Shown: positions 27,375-41,942 of the stretch, piece after piece
Position numbering within the stretch: position 1 is the first letter of the stretch
Layout of the letters: each line of letters starts with the position of its first letter
Notes under the pieces: generated by a model
The model's input: only the letters and a program-made list of their open reading frames with translations
The model's database searches: none
What the model was told of the DNA's origin: nothing
Made by a program: the position numbers and the translations under genes
Assembly: GCA_964016885.1 (NCBI GenBank)
Contig: OZ024742.1
Coordinates: forward strand, 23,622,001-23,686,000
Length of the DNA: 64,000 nucleotides
Source: Eledone cirrhosa
Lineage: Eukaryota
Direction of reading: 5' to 3'

Positions 27375-27728
27375 AAATAGAAATATAGTGACGAATATAA
27401 CGTGAAACAAGAAAAAAGTGTTCTGTAAACAACAATATCCTGTATTAATTCACAATAGTGATATAAAGATGGTTATGAAATATTCATGATACAACCCCCG
27501 TTGCATATGTATGTATACATATATATATATATTGGATGTGTGTATATATACAGAGTGAGGGGGGGGGGGAGATGGAGAGAGAGAGAGAGAGGGGGAGAGT
27601 AGTTAAGGATGCAAATATCATATCTCTGAAATGAATATATTAATGTTACAAGTGGATGTGACACTGCATTTAATATTTGATTAAGAACATATATTTATAT
27701 AACGTAATATATAACACAATATAATATA

Positions 27729-27789
<61 letters not shown>

Positions 27790-28129
27790 TGCACACACAC
27801 ATTGTGTGCGTGAGAGAGACGTGTAGGTGTTGGGTGGTATATAGGTAGATAGATAGATAGATAGATAGATAGATATATATATTAGTAAATTAAAAATAAA
27901 ATGTGATGTTGAATTAAGTTATGGTGATGCTAATGGCTATGGTGGTTTATAGATGTTGTCAGTGTTATTGAACTTGTTAGTGGAATTTTTTTAAGTTTGG
28001 GTTTCGTGGTAGGCTCAGCAATGTTTTATTGATCGTGGTGTAAATAAACCCTTCTTTACCGGTAGAGATATTTTAGGATTTTCCGTTATATTCACATTGT
28101 TACATAGGGTGAACTGTTTGGAACCTTTT

Positions 28130-28730
28130 ATTGGTTTTTGAATGCTTGCTTTACAATAGTTTCACAGCGAGGTGTCTGTTGAATTTGGTTTCTATCTATT
28201 TGAAAAATATGGAGTTGCATCATTCGGAAATTACCACATTTCAAGTATATTCTGAATCCCTCACACCTTTAGTTCTCCATTGTATTGTGTTAGAGAGTTA
28301 AAATATATATTTAATATCCTCCGCTGAATGAACGAGTGCTGTGTATCAGTGGCTCATTAAATATGTTCTGTATGAATCCAATAGAGATACTTTCCTTTGT
28401 AGATGTGATTTTATACACAGGTTCTAGCACTGTATACAATGTATATTGAATGCTCCAAAGATGAAGCTACTCAATTATATTCTGATGATTATTTTGGGCT
28501 ATTTCTCGTTCTGATGTGATAGTCCTATAACACCTTTTAGAGTACTCGGTATGCCGTATATGACGTTTCGTGGGCATTGTAAGGCTGGCGGAGTCCCTCA
28601 CATCTCTAGATCTGAATACAGCACATTTTTCCAGAGAAGAATTTAGAGTTGGATATAGAAAGGGAGAAAGAGATAGAAAAGAATAATTGATCCTGATACT
28701 AGAGTAGTGTATTTTTTTATCCACCTCGAA
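28130..28730 (-). pseudogene. Highly decayed PLE GIY-YIG endonuclease region
   Basis: Minus strand reads PVYKITSTKESISIGFIQNIF (VY..[Y]IG-like), followed by weak similarity to the 43600-43960 region. Confidence 0.4.
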
Positions 28731-28815
28731 TGTATCAAAAGCAAAGGCGAGATTCGAACTCTAAGAAAAGTGAGCCGGTACGAATACCGCAAAGCATTCT
28801 ATCCAACGTTATGAC

Positions 28816-29113
28816 CGTCGAGGTTAACTTTGCCTTTCATCCTTACGGGATCGATAAAATAAAGTACCCGTCATGCACCGGGTAATTGGTGGCCTTGTGC
28901 CAAAAGTAGAAACAGTTATGTCTACTTTCTCAATTCGTTGACTAAATAATTGTTTCTACTTTTGGCACAAGGCCAGCAATTATCCAGTGCATTACGCGCA
29001 CTTTGTTTTATCGACCCCGTAAGGATGAAAGGCAAAGTCAACCTCAGATCGTAAAGGGACGTAACTATGCTGGAATGCATGTCCGATCCTCTACCGATAC
29101 TGCCAATTTACCG
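28816..29113. mobile_element. Two SINE pieces in tail-to-tail inverted orientation
   Basis: Plus-strand 3' half at 28816-28918 and minus-strand copy at 28946-29113. Confidence 0.8.
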
Positions 29114-29764
29114 TTGACTAAATAATAGTTTAAAAACTGTAAATTAGAAGCTATAGATGAACTGAAAGTCTCAAATTAATTGTAAAACAGTATTCAATTC
29201 TCCCTATTACTCTTTACTCTGGTTATAATAGATAATTGAGTTGCAATATTTCTCAATTACTCAGTCTCTCCTTTATGCAATTTTTAATAAGACTATATTT
29301 ATTTATGACTGGTCAGGAAATACGTTCATTTGATTAATAGAGAGATACACACGTATATGAGACACTACACACGTGCTATAATAGGAATATAGAAGATATG
29401 CCATTTTCCCTAGCTCCACCATTCTCTATGTGGCTTACTCTTCATCTGTTATTTTTTGTTTATTTTCGCTTATCTTAAGTACATAGTTGTAAGTCTGTAC
29501 AAGGTAATTGCTGGTGGTGGTGATGAAGGGGTGGAGAAATAGATGATATATGCATTGAATGATTTAGTTCTTAAGTCTTTTGTTTGATGACTACGGGACA
29601 TTTTTAAAGTTATTTATTTATAAATACTGTATTTGGATTACGATCAGGGAGTTGTTTACGAGTAGGAGTGTAACACAGACGTTAAACCGATGTAACAACT
29701 ACAGCAAACCACGTGACCGAATCTCTAACGAGCCTCCAATACAGCACCCTGAATAAAACAATAA

Positions 29765-29950
29765 TAATTGTTTATACTTTTGGCACACGGTCAGCAATTA
29801 TCCCAGTGCATTACTGGTACTTTATTTTATCGACTCCGTAAGGATGAAAGGCAATGTTAACCTTGGCGGGATTTGAACTCAGATCATAAAGGGGCGTAAC
29901 TCTATGCTACAAAGCATGGCGTCCATCTGTCTACCGATACTGCCATCCAC
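29765..29950 (-). mobile_element. tRNA-derived SINE
   Basis: Matches the family consensus over its full length. Confidence 0.85.
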
Positions 29951-30069
29951 TGCTCCAGTTTTCTCTATCAATGAATGGCATACAGTCGAGATCTAAGGTG
30001 TGGCAAAATGTACCTGGCCACTCGTCTTGCTAGACAAAGCAGCCAAACTTACCTCAACTTACCTTTTAA

Positions 30070-30118
30070 TCTATATATATAAAACTGAGGATATCTGTCT
30101 GTCTGTGTGTGTGTCTGT

Positions 30119-30150
<32 letters not shown>

Positions 30151-30745
30151 GAGTTCGAATCCCTAAATCTCGAGTAGTACCCAACCGATCTTTTTCAAAC
30201 TTAACTTGTATATTACTTATGTTTCAGGGAGTATTATGCACATAAATATATTCTACTCTTTGATCCCCTAAGGCCCGCATTAGGTGAAAAACTGCGTTTT
30301 CTCAGCTTTTTAAGGGTTTTTTGAGGTGTTACATCTGACCGATTTCCTTGAAATTGTAACTATGTATTAGTCAGTCTCTTCCTCATACCGTGAGCAAAGA
30401 AAATCCAACGTTTTTAGGCCTAGGGCCCGCATTAGGTGAAAAACTTCATTTTTTTTCAGCTTTTTAGGGCTTTTTTGAGGCGTAACGTCTAGCCGATTTT
30501 CCCGAAATTTCAAGGCATATTTTGCACATAAAAAAAATTCATTTTCTTGATCCCCTATGCATTAGGTGAAAACCTGCATTTTTCCTGCTTCATCGAGGAA
30601 AATCTTAAAGATTATCCTGCCATCAGATTATTCGGTTTATTTTCTTTACATATTGTCGAGACATGCAGTTTTTCCACGATTAGGTTTGTTGGCAGCCCGC
30701 GTTCCAAAATACCTCATCCCGTGCAACGCCGGGTACCACTGCTAG
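30070..30745 (+). mobile_element. Non-autonomous Helitron
   Basis: A|TCTATATATATAAA 5' end; subterminal hairpin CCCGTGCAACGCCGGG (30718-30733); CTAG|T 3' end; no TSD; internal (GT)n and three ~150-bp repeats containing GCATTAGGTGAAAA. Confidence 0.85.
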
Positions 30746-30939
30746 TGTCTTATAAAAAAACAAATTGGTGTCCTAGATATACAAATATAATTAATAACCC
30801 CAGATTGGATGCTGTCATTATAGGTCTCCTCCATTAGAGCTGTCCCGGAAAAGAACAACAACGGGTTGAGTACTAAAAATATTGTTGTCTGTTTCTAGAT
30901 TAGATAATACCGACTTCAATGTGACTTAAAACGTAGCAT

Positions 30940-31240
30940 CTATGTATCTATCTTGGGCGGGTAAAATTTCTGAGATCCACGGACGAGTTCTCTCCAGCAG
31001 TCTCTGTCCCCCATCAACGCTGCCATATCCTGCGTCTCTAAGAGACATGTGTCAGTCCGTAGAGCATCAGCATATGTCAACTTCGGTCTCCCTCTTCTAG
31101 TGTGTCCGGGCAGGGGTTCCCACAGGAGCACTGAGTTCAGTGTCAACTCTGAATGTTGGTGAGCATGTCCAGGTAACCTCAGTCTCCTTTGTGTTACTTT
31201 CGTGATATATGAGTGACCAATTGTGAACAGTACCCGATGA
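30940..31240 (-). mobile_element. RTE-clade LINE 3' fragment
   Basis: QRRLRLPGH...VLLWEP..G.TRRGRPKLTY.D, typical of the RTE-group ORF C-terminus. Confidence 0.75.
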
Positions 31241-31321
31241 TAAATGTTTAGTGCATAACGTCTAATAAATAAATCAATAGGTGCCACATTTGTATATATC
31301 TATTGACATTGCAAATGGCAT

Positions 31322-31379
<58 letters not shown>

Positions 31380-31526
31380 GTATATTGTATAATGTGGTGT
31401 ATATTTATATATGTCCCGAAGCCCCTTTACATTAAAAAAGAACAAATAGATTTTATATATCAAATAATCCCTGAAGAACTAACATCTAAGTGGAATTCTG
31501 AAACGCGACAATTAACAGAAAACAGC

Positions 31527-31603
<77 letters not shown>

Positions 31604-31767
31604 TAATGGGGATCATAATAATGAAAAACAAGAAAAAGTTACATGTTTTTGATATACAAACAATTTTAATATTTCCGGCTCCAAATATATGTTTAGTTGG
31701 GATATTTTCCTTTCCAATGAATCTTCATTAAAGATCATTTTGTGTGCGTGTGGGGGATTTGGTGGGT

Positions 31768-31883
<116 letters not shown>

Positions 31884-32909
31884 GAGAGAGAGAGACATAT
31901 ATATATATATACATATATGTTTACCATTTTTGTTGTTTATTGTTTATTAATCTTTGATAAACGTTACTATTTTCTGTTATTTTTATATGTCAAAACATCG
32001 TTGGTTTGTATCAGATTAAATTATATAAAAATGAAATGCCAATAAATACATACATTCATACATACATACATGCATACATAAATACATACATACATACATA
32101 TATACATACATACAAAAATACATACAAACATACATACATAGATACATACATACATACATAAGAACAATTCCAAATGCAACTACTAATATCCAGCAATTTG
32201 GTTTTTTGCATTGGTTGAGACTACAGATAGCTTGTTTGTAGAATTAATCTTCTTTTAGCCAGACTGGTCTCTATATTGAGAGTTTATCAGTCTGCAATGG
32301 TTTTGACTTTCAACTGTATTCCGATGATATTCAATAAAAACTAATCAATTACTGGAAGTAAAATTATAAAAAAAAATAAAAATACAAACAACAACATATT
32401 TCAGAAAGAAATGCAGATATAATAGATGCCTTCACAACAGATGTATGATTAGAGTTTTAATTATAGCCAATTAAAACTGAAAATAGAGACAAACTACCTT
32501 CTACAAAAAGAAAGAAAGTTAAAACAAAAATAGAATTCGATGCTAAACTCGACATGGGCAGAGTCAGCTAATGTTTGTAGTGATTCTAAATAGAACATAT
32601 TTGCTAAAACAAGAATGGCGAATTTTTGAGCCAAAATACACAGATCTGTTATTGTAAGTTATTGGTAAAAAAAACATTAAGCAAACTTGACATTCATTTC
32701 CTTTTATTCTAGGTTTTATTCGAATGCAGAGACATTTTATAATCTATAAAATATTCGCTTGAATCCTTTTGCACTGGCATGCACCACCTAAGTTTTAAAA
32801 AAACATCGATTTGTGATCAGGTATCGAACCTAAGACTGTGGTATTATGGTAGTGTCATATTAGTTAAGATACATAAAAGTGTATATTTATTTAATAGTAT
32901 TACCCTTAT

Positions 32910-33520
32910 AGGCGGTGGATTGGCAGTATCGGTACAGAGTCGGACGCCATGCTTTGCAGCATAGAATTACGGCCCTTCATGGTCTGAGTTCAAATCCTGC
33001 CAAGGTTAACTTTGCCTTTCATCCTTACGGCGTCAATATAATAAAGTACCAGATATACACTGGAATAATTGCTGGCCTTGTGCCAAAAGTAAAAACAATT
33101 ATTACCCTTATGTTAGTGTGGTAGATCATCATGGAACATATGTTATTGCATATAGTGACGTCCATTTACGCTCTGAGTTCAAATGTCATCGAGGTTAGTT
33201 TTCTCTTTCATCCTTAGGTGTTATATAAAATAAAGTACCAGTAATACGCAGGGGAGTCGATTTAATCAACTTTCTCTCTTCCAAAATTGTTGGCCCTGTG
33301 CCTAAATAAGAAACCTTTATTACTGTTTTGTTAGGCCGGTGGATTAGCAGAATCGGTAGAGCATCGGAAAAAAAGCTTTGCGACGTACAGTTACGTCCCG
33401 TTACGTTCTGAGTTCAAGTCTAGCTGAGATTAGCTTTGCCTTCCATCCTTACGGGGTCGATAAAATAAAGTACCAAAAACGTCCTGGGGGTTGAAATTGC
33501 CTGACTTGTTTTTCAATCAG
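32910..33520 (+). mobile_element. Cluster of three head-to-tail SINE copies
   Basis: Copies at ~32910-33101, ~33110-33320 and ~33333-33520, each with a GAGTTCAA B box. Confidence 0.8.
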
Positions 33521-33952
33521 TAACCATGTATATATTTCATACGTATAGCTGTAGACTGGCTGGCTAAAACTACCGATACTGCAAATCCATCTCTCTTAAT
33601 GACTGCCAGAAATAGACAGCAAAAGCACTGGATACTTAAACGTACAGAGAACAAACAACTCTGACTGAATTGCTACAGCATGGTCTTAAACGTGATAGCT
33701 ACAAATATTTAAAAATGTATAGAGTTTAAATAACAGTGGCGGCAACAGGTTTTTAAGAACATTATTATAAAATGGACATAATTAATGAAAGAATATTTCC
33801 ATATTCAGAAAATATTTCGAAATTCTCTCGTTACATGCAAAACAGATATTTGGTAAAAGGAAAAAATATATATATACATTAAAATATATTATATATGTTA
33901 TATGTATAATATATATATATATATATATATGTCCGTGTGTGTGGGGGGGGGG

Positions 33953-34022
<70 letters not shown>

Positions 34023-34163
34023 TTATGTATTTAAGATAACTTTTATGCTTAAATTTAATTTTTTCCAACTGCAAAAATCCTATAACGAAAACGTAAACCT
34101 ATAAATCATTTATAGTAGTATCTATGAATATCTCTCTCTCTCTCTCTCTCTCTTTATATATAT

Positions 34164-34202
<39 letters not shown>

Positions 34203-34750
34203 AGAGAGAGATTCATGTCTATACACATACATAACTATATACATACATTTATTATCTATCAACATATCTATAAATATTAATGTGTGTGCGCGTCAACTTA
34301 TATATATATACACATGTGTGTGTGTGTACAGTTTCATGCATGGTGAGGCACATATAGCTTCACCAGTGTGTTTGTGTGTGTGTGTCTGTATAAATGTGTG
34401 TCTGTGTGTGAGTATTTATGTCTGCGTGCGTGTCTCAACAGGTTAAAAGAAAATATTTCGAGTATAGATTTCAGTTTTGTTTTAAAAAAAAAAATCAGAA
34501 TACTATTTTGTCTACATTTTACAATTTTCCATTACATGTCCGATATTTTGAATGTTAGTAAGTAAAGATTAAAAGTGTTTAGTATTTTTAACTATGTCTA
34601 GTCAATGATGATGACGTATTTGAGGAAACAGTAAAAACATTTCAATCTCCACATGATGTTAGATAAGCAATGCATTTTTTTTCCATAGATTAGTTTTTAC
34701 GCTTCATCTAACTTTCCTATGAATTTCTTCTATGTAGTCTCTGGATTAGA

Positions 34751-34792
<42 letters not shown>

Positions 34793-34802
34793 AGTGCGTG
34801 TG

Positions 34803-34856
<54 letters not shown>

Positions 34857-35057
34857 ACTGTATATATGTATATATTTCTATATATATGATTCTGCAAAGT
34901 AAAGTGGGGAGAGAAATTAATCAATACATGTCGTAGAGTTCGAAGATGATGATTCATGTGATGGTTAACCAGAACTGGTCTTCGCATGTATCCTTCAGGC
35001 GACAAAATGATGAATCATCAAATTCAACCGAATATATGTGTATGTATGTATGCATAT

Positions 35058-35171
<114 letters not shown>

Positions 35172-35544
35172 AGAACAAAACGCAATATCATATTAGGCTC
35201 AATTACGAATATATATATTCACATATATATCATCATCATCATCATCATCTTTTCTAGCATGAGTTTATATATATATATATTCACATATATATACTTGTGT
35301 GGTGTGGGTGTATGTATGTGTATATATATATATTCATTGAAACGAATAGTGGTGTGTTGTGTGTGTATGTGTGTGGTGTGTGTGTTTGTATGTGGTGTTT
35401 GTGTTTGTGAGTGGTGTATGTGTGTATGTGTTTGTGTGTGTATGTCTGTGTATGTGTGTTTATGTGTGTGTAGCTTATTGACTTAATCATCATAGGGGAA
35501 ATTTGACTTTTGAAGTATAGTCGCCTTGAAGCAGAAGACCGTTA

Positions 35545-36007
35545 CAATAATGGTTTGTGATTTAGGCACAAAACAACAATTTCAAAGGGAAGGGCAAATC
35601 GATTAAATCGACCCCAGTATGTTACTAGTACTTTATTTTATCGACCTCGTAAGGAGGAAAGGTAAAATTAACCTTAGCGGGATTTGAACTCAGACCGTAA
35701 AGGGACGTAACTATGCTGGAAGGCATGGCGTCTGACTCTCTACCAATACTGCCAATTTGAAATCAGAACCCAAAGGGCCATAACTATATGCAGCACAAAA
35801 TATTGCCTGACGCTCCGCTGATTACTCTAATCTACCGTCCCAATAACCGTTATAATAATTGTTTCTACATTTCGTACAAGACCAGCGATTAACTCAGTGT
35901 ATTACTGGTACTTTATTTTATCGCCCCAGTAAGGATGAAAGGCAAAGTTAACCATCGCGGGATTTGAACATAGAATATAAAGAGACGTAACTATGCAGGA
36001 AAGCATG
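35545..36007 (-). mobile_element. Cluster of SINE copies
   Basis: Family motifs at 35545-35757, 35757-35840 and 35855-36007. Confidence 0.75.
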
Positions 36008-36579
36008 TAAAGTTGTAAAGTTCCCTAAATATTTTGCTGCAAAGCATATTATTGGAAGCTCTGCAGATTCTTCCATTCCACCGACCCAATAACAATATAA
36101 AGATCTGATGCCTAGAGATAATGATTGAGAATAAATCAAATAGTGGCTGATTACTGGGAGGGAATTAAGGGGGGGAGAGTTGCCTGCACCATTCCACTCC
36201 TCACCGTCGACTTTGTCCATTTTTTTCGCCTGCAGGAATACATTAGCCGATTTTCACAACTATTATTATAGTCAGTTTTATTGGGACAACTATATAGATA
36301 AATAGATAACTTTCTTTTTATTTGCCACCAGGGCATCAAAAAGTGGGACAAGTATAATGGGGGGAGTTTACATGAAAAGGCGTCCTCAATAAGGAGGAGG
36401 CAATAACAAGATATAAAAATAAAATAAAAATTACAAAAATGAATTTAATAACAAAATCATCAATAGTGAGGAGGCGCCTTGGGGAGTCGCACACACCCCC
36501 GAAAAAAAGTGTGCAACCCTTCTCCTCAGGAGCACAGAGAAGGGGTGCTCCCTTGATCTTTCATCTTCCTCACCTATAG

Positions 36580-39500
36580 TCTCATGTAGAGTGAAGGCCC
36601 ATTCACACGGGCCATTCTCGCCACTTTCACCCATCTTTCATAAAAACGGCTGGGGTGCAGCACCTCTCTCTCCATCCTGATACCTCTTCCGAAATGATAT
36701 CGGAAGAAACGGACCAGTTGTTGGCCAGAGAGAAAGGTGTCTGACCTCAGTCCTTTCAGACGCGTCCACCATACAACCTCTTTCGCCATGACTATTACGC
36801 ACAGAAACACCGCCTCTCCTTCGTTTTTGATGAGGGGAGGCGGCTTGATAGTTAGAATAGACTCGGTGGTCAACCGAATCGGTCCCCCCCCTTGACAGCA
36901 GTTGTTCGACATAGCCCCAAAGATCGGCAATGCCCGAGCAAAGTACCAATGCGTGTGCAACGGTTTCCTCGTCCCACACGCATCTGGGAGAGATCTTTTT
37001 CTAGCGATCCCTACCCGGGCGCCCGTGTCTGTAGAGCCTTTCTCGAACGGGCAGAGCCCCTCAGTAGCACTGCCAGGCCAGGGACCTCTGGAAGTTATCC
37101 AAGGGTCCCGGACTGAATGTCCTACCGAACAGGTTGGCCAGTTCGTCTTCCTCCATGCCTAGGGCTTCTCCAAGGGCGTCGTCGCACCTACTAACCACCA
37201 GCCCTCTATAGAATGACGAGGTGGATTCTCCAATGAGAGCCGGGTCCGCCTGCCAGAGAGCCGTGAGCGCCTGGGCACACTCGGTGTGCCAGGCGCCCAG
37301 TTTTCTCGGTCTTTGCTTGACCCAGGATTGCAGCTCGGTGAGCGAGACGAGTGTGGGAAAGCCTCGCCTAACAAACGTGGCCCACACCGGTTGACCGGTG
37401 AGGAATGCCTGGAGGTCCCGTAGCCTTAGTGCGTCTTTACGTATCATTAGCCACAGCATTCCCAGACCTCATTTCGAAGGGTGTTGACAGCAGATGTATC
37501 TTCTCACCATAGGAGCCCGCTTCTTCCAAAGGAATTGGAAGAGTGCGCGCTCCATTTTTGCGAGCGTTTCCCTTGGGCAAGGCACAACGGTCAGGCGTAG
37601 TAGATGACGGATGCTATATAAGTGTTCGCCACCTCCGCCCGACCTTTCAGGGACAGTTTGCACTCGGCCCACTTCTGGGTCAGTGCAAACACCCTGTTCG
37701 TTACCTCACCCCAGTTCTTCTCCACCTGGAGGTCTGGTCCGAACCAGACCCCGAGCAATTTCACCGGGCCCTCCGTCCAGCGCCCGACGACGCCATCGGA
37801 GGGCATCGATCTGCCCCTCCACGTGCCGAGTTGCAGACCGATCGGCTTGTCCCGGTTCAGCTTAGCCCCTGTAAACCTTTCGTACTCCACCAGTAAGGTG
37901 CTGATCGCCCCGATTTCCGAGGCCGTCGACACCATTACTGTTATGTCATCGGCGTAGGCAGACACCGCTTTCCGCAATCCTGGTTCCAACGGGATGCCCT
38001 GAAACAACTCCAACTTCCGCAGCAGTGGCTATAGAGTCATTACATACAGAAGGGAGGAGAGAGGGCACCCTTGTCGGATGGACCGCGCGATTTCGAACGG
38101 CCTCCGGGAGGTAGTCGTTCACCTTGACCCTAGAGCAGATGCGGCTGCTGTGTATGGCATTGATCCAGCCCCTGAAAAGGGGTCCGAAGCTTGCCGCCGC
38201 TAGCACCGCATCCAGGTAACCATGGTCGACCCTATCGAATGCCTTAGATTGATCCAAGTTGATCAGGGCCCCATCAAAGCCGGGTTCGTTCCCAACCCTC
38301 TCTATGATGTATCGCATGAGGTGGAGGTTGTCATGGATGGACCTGGACGGGATAGCACATGTCTGCGCATCTCCCACTAGGTTACCCACGACAAGCGCCA
38401 ACTTCTTGCTAGCACCTTGGCCAAAATCTGTAACTCTGTATTTAGCAGAGTTATGGGCCTGAAATTATTTATATCGTCCCCCTTGTTCTCGTCCTTCCTC
38501 ACTAGCGTGACTACGCCCTTGGTCACAGCACAGGGAATTCTCCTGTTCTGTTGCCAGTTGCAGTAGACCGCCTTGAGGAGATCGGGGAACAAGTCAGGCA
38601 TAGCTAGATATAGTTCGTATGGAAGACCATCGAGACACGGGGATTTGCGTTTGCCGCATTGGCTCAGCACGTCCTCTATCTCAGCGGCTGAAATCGGCTC
38701 CTCGCAGGACTTCGCCTCCCTGTCCGAGAGACGCGGCAGGCGTCGAGGTATGGACTGAAGTCCACTTCCCCAACCGGCTCCCAGCCTCTTCCGAAATATC
38801 TGGCAAAGTGCTTTTGATAAGCCTTGCACATCTGCTTAGGTTCAAGGATCACCCGTCCATCCTGTCTCGCAAAGACCAGATAGTTGATCTACTCCCTCTT
38901 TTGGCTTCTGTCACGCGGGCCCAGCTAACAGCTTTGGTCCCCTCGTTTTCCAGAGCACGTATTTTGCTTCGGACGATGCAGCCTTCGTGTTTCGCGTCGA
39001 AGAACTGGCCCAGGGCCGTTCTCGATGCAAGCACTCTGGCCACGTCGCCGCTTCTAATTGCCTATTCTACACTATCTACCAACTCGCTTTCCTTCCTATT
39101 TCTATTTGAGGCTAACTCCTTACTAAATTCTATAGAGACTACTCTAATCTCTCTTTTGAGAGATCCCCACCACATGCTGTTGACGATGGCGGCCGTCAAC
39201 CCCTCCTTAACTAAACTGCTAATCCGGTCCCTGTAAGTTGAGCTTCCAGTAATCGGGTCACTGTCTATGCGTTCTTTCAAGGTTGACCATGCAGGTAACT
39301 AACTTGTGGTCTGGATAGCCAATCATGCGCATTTTTGGACAACTTAAAGTGTCCTTATCCTTATTTCTAACTAAGAACCTATCTAGGTACGACCTAGATG
39401 ATCCGCTGCGGTTTGCCCAAGTCCAGGTTAGCGCAGTCGGAAATCTAGTCGATATCTATCGGCCAGGTCAAATCGACCGATTAACACTTTGAGGCTATTA

Positions 39501-39976
39501 CACCCCTCTCTATCGGGACAAGCCCCTACGTAGTACCAACGTGCATCTACGATACCATTCCACTAATAGCAAGGAGCGGGACGTCCCTAGAAAAGTCTCC
39601 AGACGATGGAAGAAGTCCGGCCTCATTGACCCGAAAGGGCCGTAGACGGCTACCAACCTAAACGCTCCGCCTTCCCCACTGCCAAGGTCCAGAACCACTA
39701 GTCGACCCTCCGGGTCCAAATGTATCGTCTGTGTTGCGAGACCCAGATGGTTTTGCAGCAGAACGACAACCCCACCCCCACCTCCGATCTGACAGAGAGA
39801 TGCGTGCATCTCAAAGTCATCAAAGGTGGGGCCAGCTGTCACACGTTGCTGATCCGGGCCTCGCAAATAACCAACACATCTATACGTTGTGACCTGAGGT
39901 CATTTAGAAGCATTGCTTGCTTCCAAGTTGAGCCCAGGACACGCGCATTTAGACAACCTACTCTTAGCATAGTCAT
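36580..39976 (-). pseudogene. LINE ORF2: apurinic endonuclease + reverse transcriptase + C-terminal zinc finger
   Basis: MLRVGCLNAR start, GGVVVL, GRLVVLD, RLVAVYGP (APE); KSPCLDGLPYELY, NFRPITLLN, LDQSKAFDRV, AYADD, LLGVWF (RT); EETVAHALVLC; many frameshifts. Confidence 0.88.
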
Positions 39977-40159
39977 ATTGGTGGTGAAGAGAAAAGGCAC
40001 TTACCTCTCTGCATCCCGGGTATCGGGCTGCACAATTCCCATGAGGGTGGGGGGTGGGGGGTTTGTTTGTGGAAGTGTAGGGGCATCAGTGTGTTGTGTG
40101 GTTGGGGTGTTTGGAGTTGTGTGGGTGTTTGGGGAGGGGGGGGGCGGTGAAGTATTTTA

Positions 40160-41535
40160 GGAGGACGCGGTTAATGGGTCCGACGCAGGGGTGTGGGGGG
40201 CACGTCCTCTTTAAAGTTGTTTTTTAGTGTTTTATATGTGTCCTCTGGGGCCTTAATCATTTTGAACGAGGGTCATCTTCCGCGTTGGAGGGGAGGGGTA
40301 GATTTTCGGGTTGTGTTTGCGGTGCGGGTGTTTTGGAAATTGTTTTTTGTTTTAGTGGGGGGTGGGGGGATGGGTTGGACATTGTTTTGTTTTGGTTTGA
40401 GCTCTGGTTGTTATTTTTGTAGTGGTGGTTGTGCAGTTGTTGGTGGTGTAGGCAGGATTGGGGTTTTCTTATTAAGTTGAGGACAGACAGCCCTCAGGTG
40501 ACTCTGACTGCACAGAGGTAACACGAGGGCCGCCTACCCTCAACGGTAATGTTGATAAAAGTTTGATCATCCAGTATGACGCGTTCAGGGATCTGGGCGA
40601 TCCTTTCGGGCCTCATTTGAACTACAAGTTCGAGGCTCGTTCCACTGAACGCGTCACCGAATGTCTTTCCCATGGATATTATTGTGTCATCGTCTAGGTT
40701 CAGGAAACCTGTAAATACCCACCATATGTCCATAATCGGAGGATGGTGTGAATTTTTATCTGTTGTGTCCTTCTACCCATGTACGTAGGGTAGAAAGTCT
40801 ATGCGGTGGATGTAATTGGTTTTATGGATAGTTTCACTGCTGTGTCCCTGTCCTTCATGAGAATGGATAGAATCCCGTAGATTCTATCCTTCTGAATGAA
40901 TATGATGTCTTTCATGACATCTTTTAAAACGAGCTCTATCTCACTCTGTGATGGTTGAGCTGGTGTTTTGCTTTTGTTTGAGACTGTCCTAAATATGACA
41001 GTGTTTAGGAGTCTCTGGCTTTTTAGTTCCGGGGGGGGGGGGGAGTGGATCGAAAATGATCCATTTTCCCCGTACATTATGTATTACTTGGCATCTGCCA
41101 GTAGCTCCTTCGCTTTGGTTATATCTACTGGCAGATAGTCGAGGGTTTTCCTTGCCGTCTGGACTAAGGAGACCTTTTCCTTGTTTGTGTTGCTGTTGTA
41201 GTTGGTGGTGTTGTTGTTATCATTGTTGTTGTTATCACAGTTATTGGTCTTGTTGTTGTTGTTGTTGTTATTGTTATTGTTGTTGGTGTTGTTTTCGTTC
41301 GTAGCGTTGTTGTTGTTGTTGTTGCTGGAGCCGCGGTTGTGTTGGATTTGTTCATTGTTTTACACTTTTGGTTTGTTGCTATGGCAACGTCAAGTTGTCG
41401 TTCAGCAGGTGGAGAAAATACTTCCTCTGGCTGACCTTTGTCTTTGACATCTGCTACTATGACAGTGGCAGGGGTGAGCTGTAAGCATATCTTCCCCTTT
41501 CCCCCTTCGAATCTTGGTGAAGAAGCTTCAGCCAT
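40160..41535 (-). pseudogene. LINE ORF1 (gag-like) with frameshifted CCHC knuckle
   Basis: ORF pieces 41164-41535, 40799-41077 and 40494-40733; CYLC followed after a frameshift by HLRAVCP. Confidence 0.65.
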
Positions 41536-41881
41536 TTAAAACAAATGTTAGCTTTTCAAAAAAAAACTCTTTGTTAACTATTTCGCCTAAAGGCGTAGAA
41601 TATTTTGAGAGACTGACCAGATCAAAATTTGACCTGACAGTCCCTCTGCAAAATGGTACAAAAATGAAAGTTTACAGTCAAGAATTTCTATAGTAATTTA
41701 AACAGAACTTACTCAGCAAGTTTCAGGCGTGTGTCCATCCCAGATAGATAGATAGATAGATAGAGAAATATTCACAGGACTAGAATATCATTCCTTCACA
41801 TTTACAATCACTTTTATACAGTTATATTACAACCCTCATATATTTGCAGCATGCATGGCTATGTATGTATATGTATATATA

Positions 41882-41942
<61 letters not shown>

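Larger units (their letters stand above)
36120..41741 (-). mobile_element. Near full-length L1/Tx1-like LINE (ORF1 + APE-RT ORF2), inactivated
   Basis: GC-richer block with ORF1 and ORF2 remnants; 5' end abuts (GATA)n at 41742; 3' boundary is approximate. Confidence 0.88.

Noticed and set aside
34935-35010. Additional minus-strand hammerhead (CTGAAGG...GAAC), with a similar case at ~48630-48695
   Set aside because: Core nucleotides are mutated and the stems are ambiguous; these may be decayed relics but cannot be supported.
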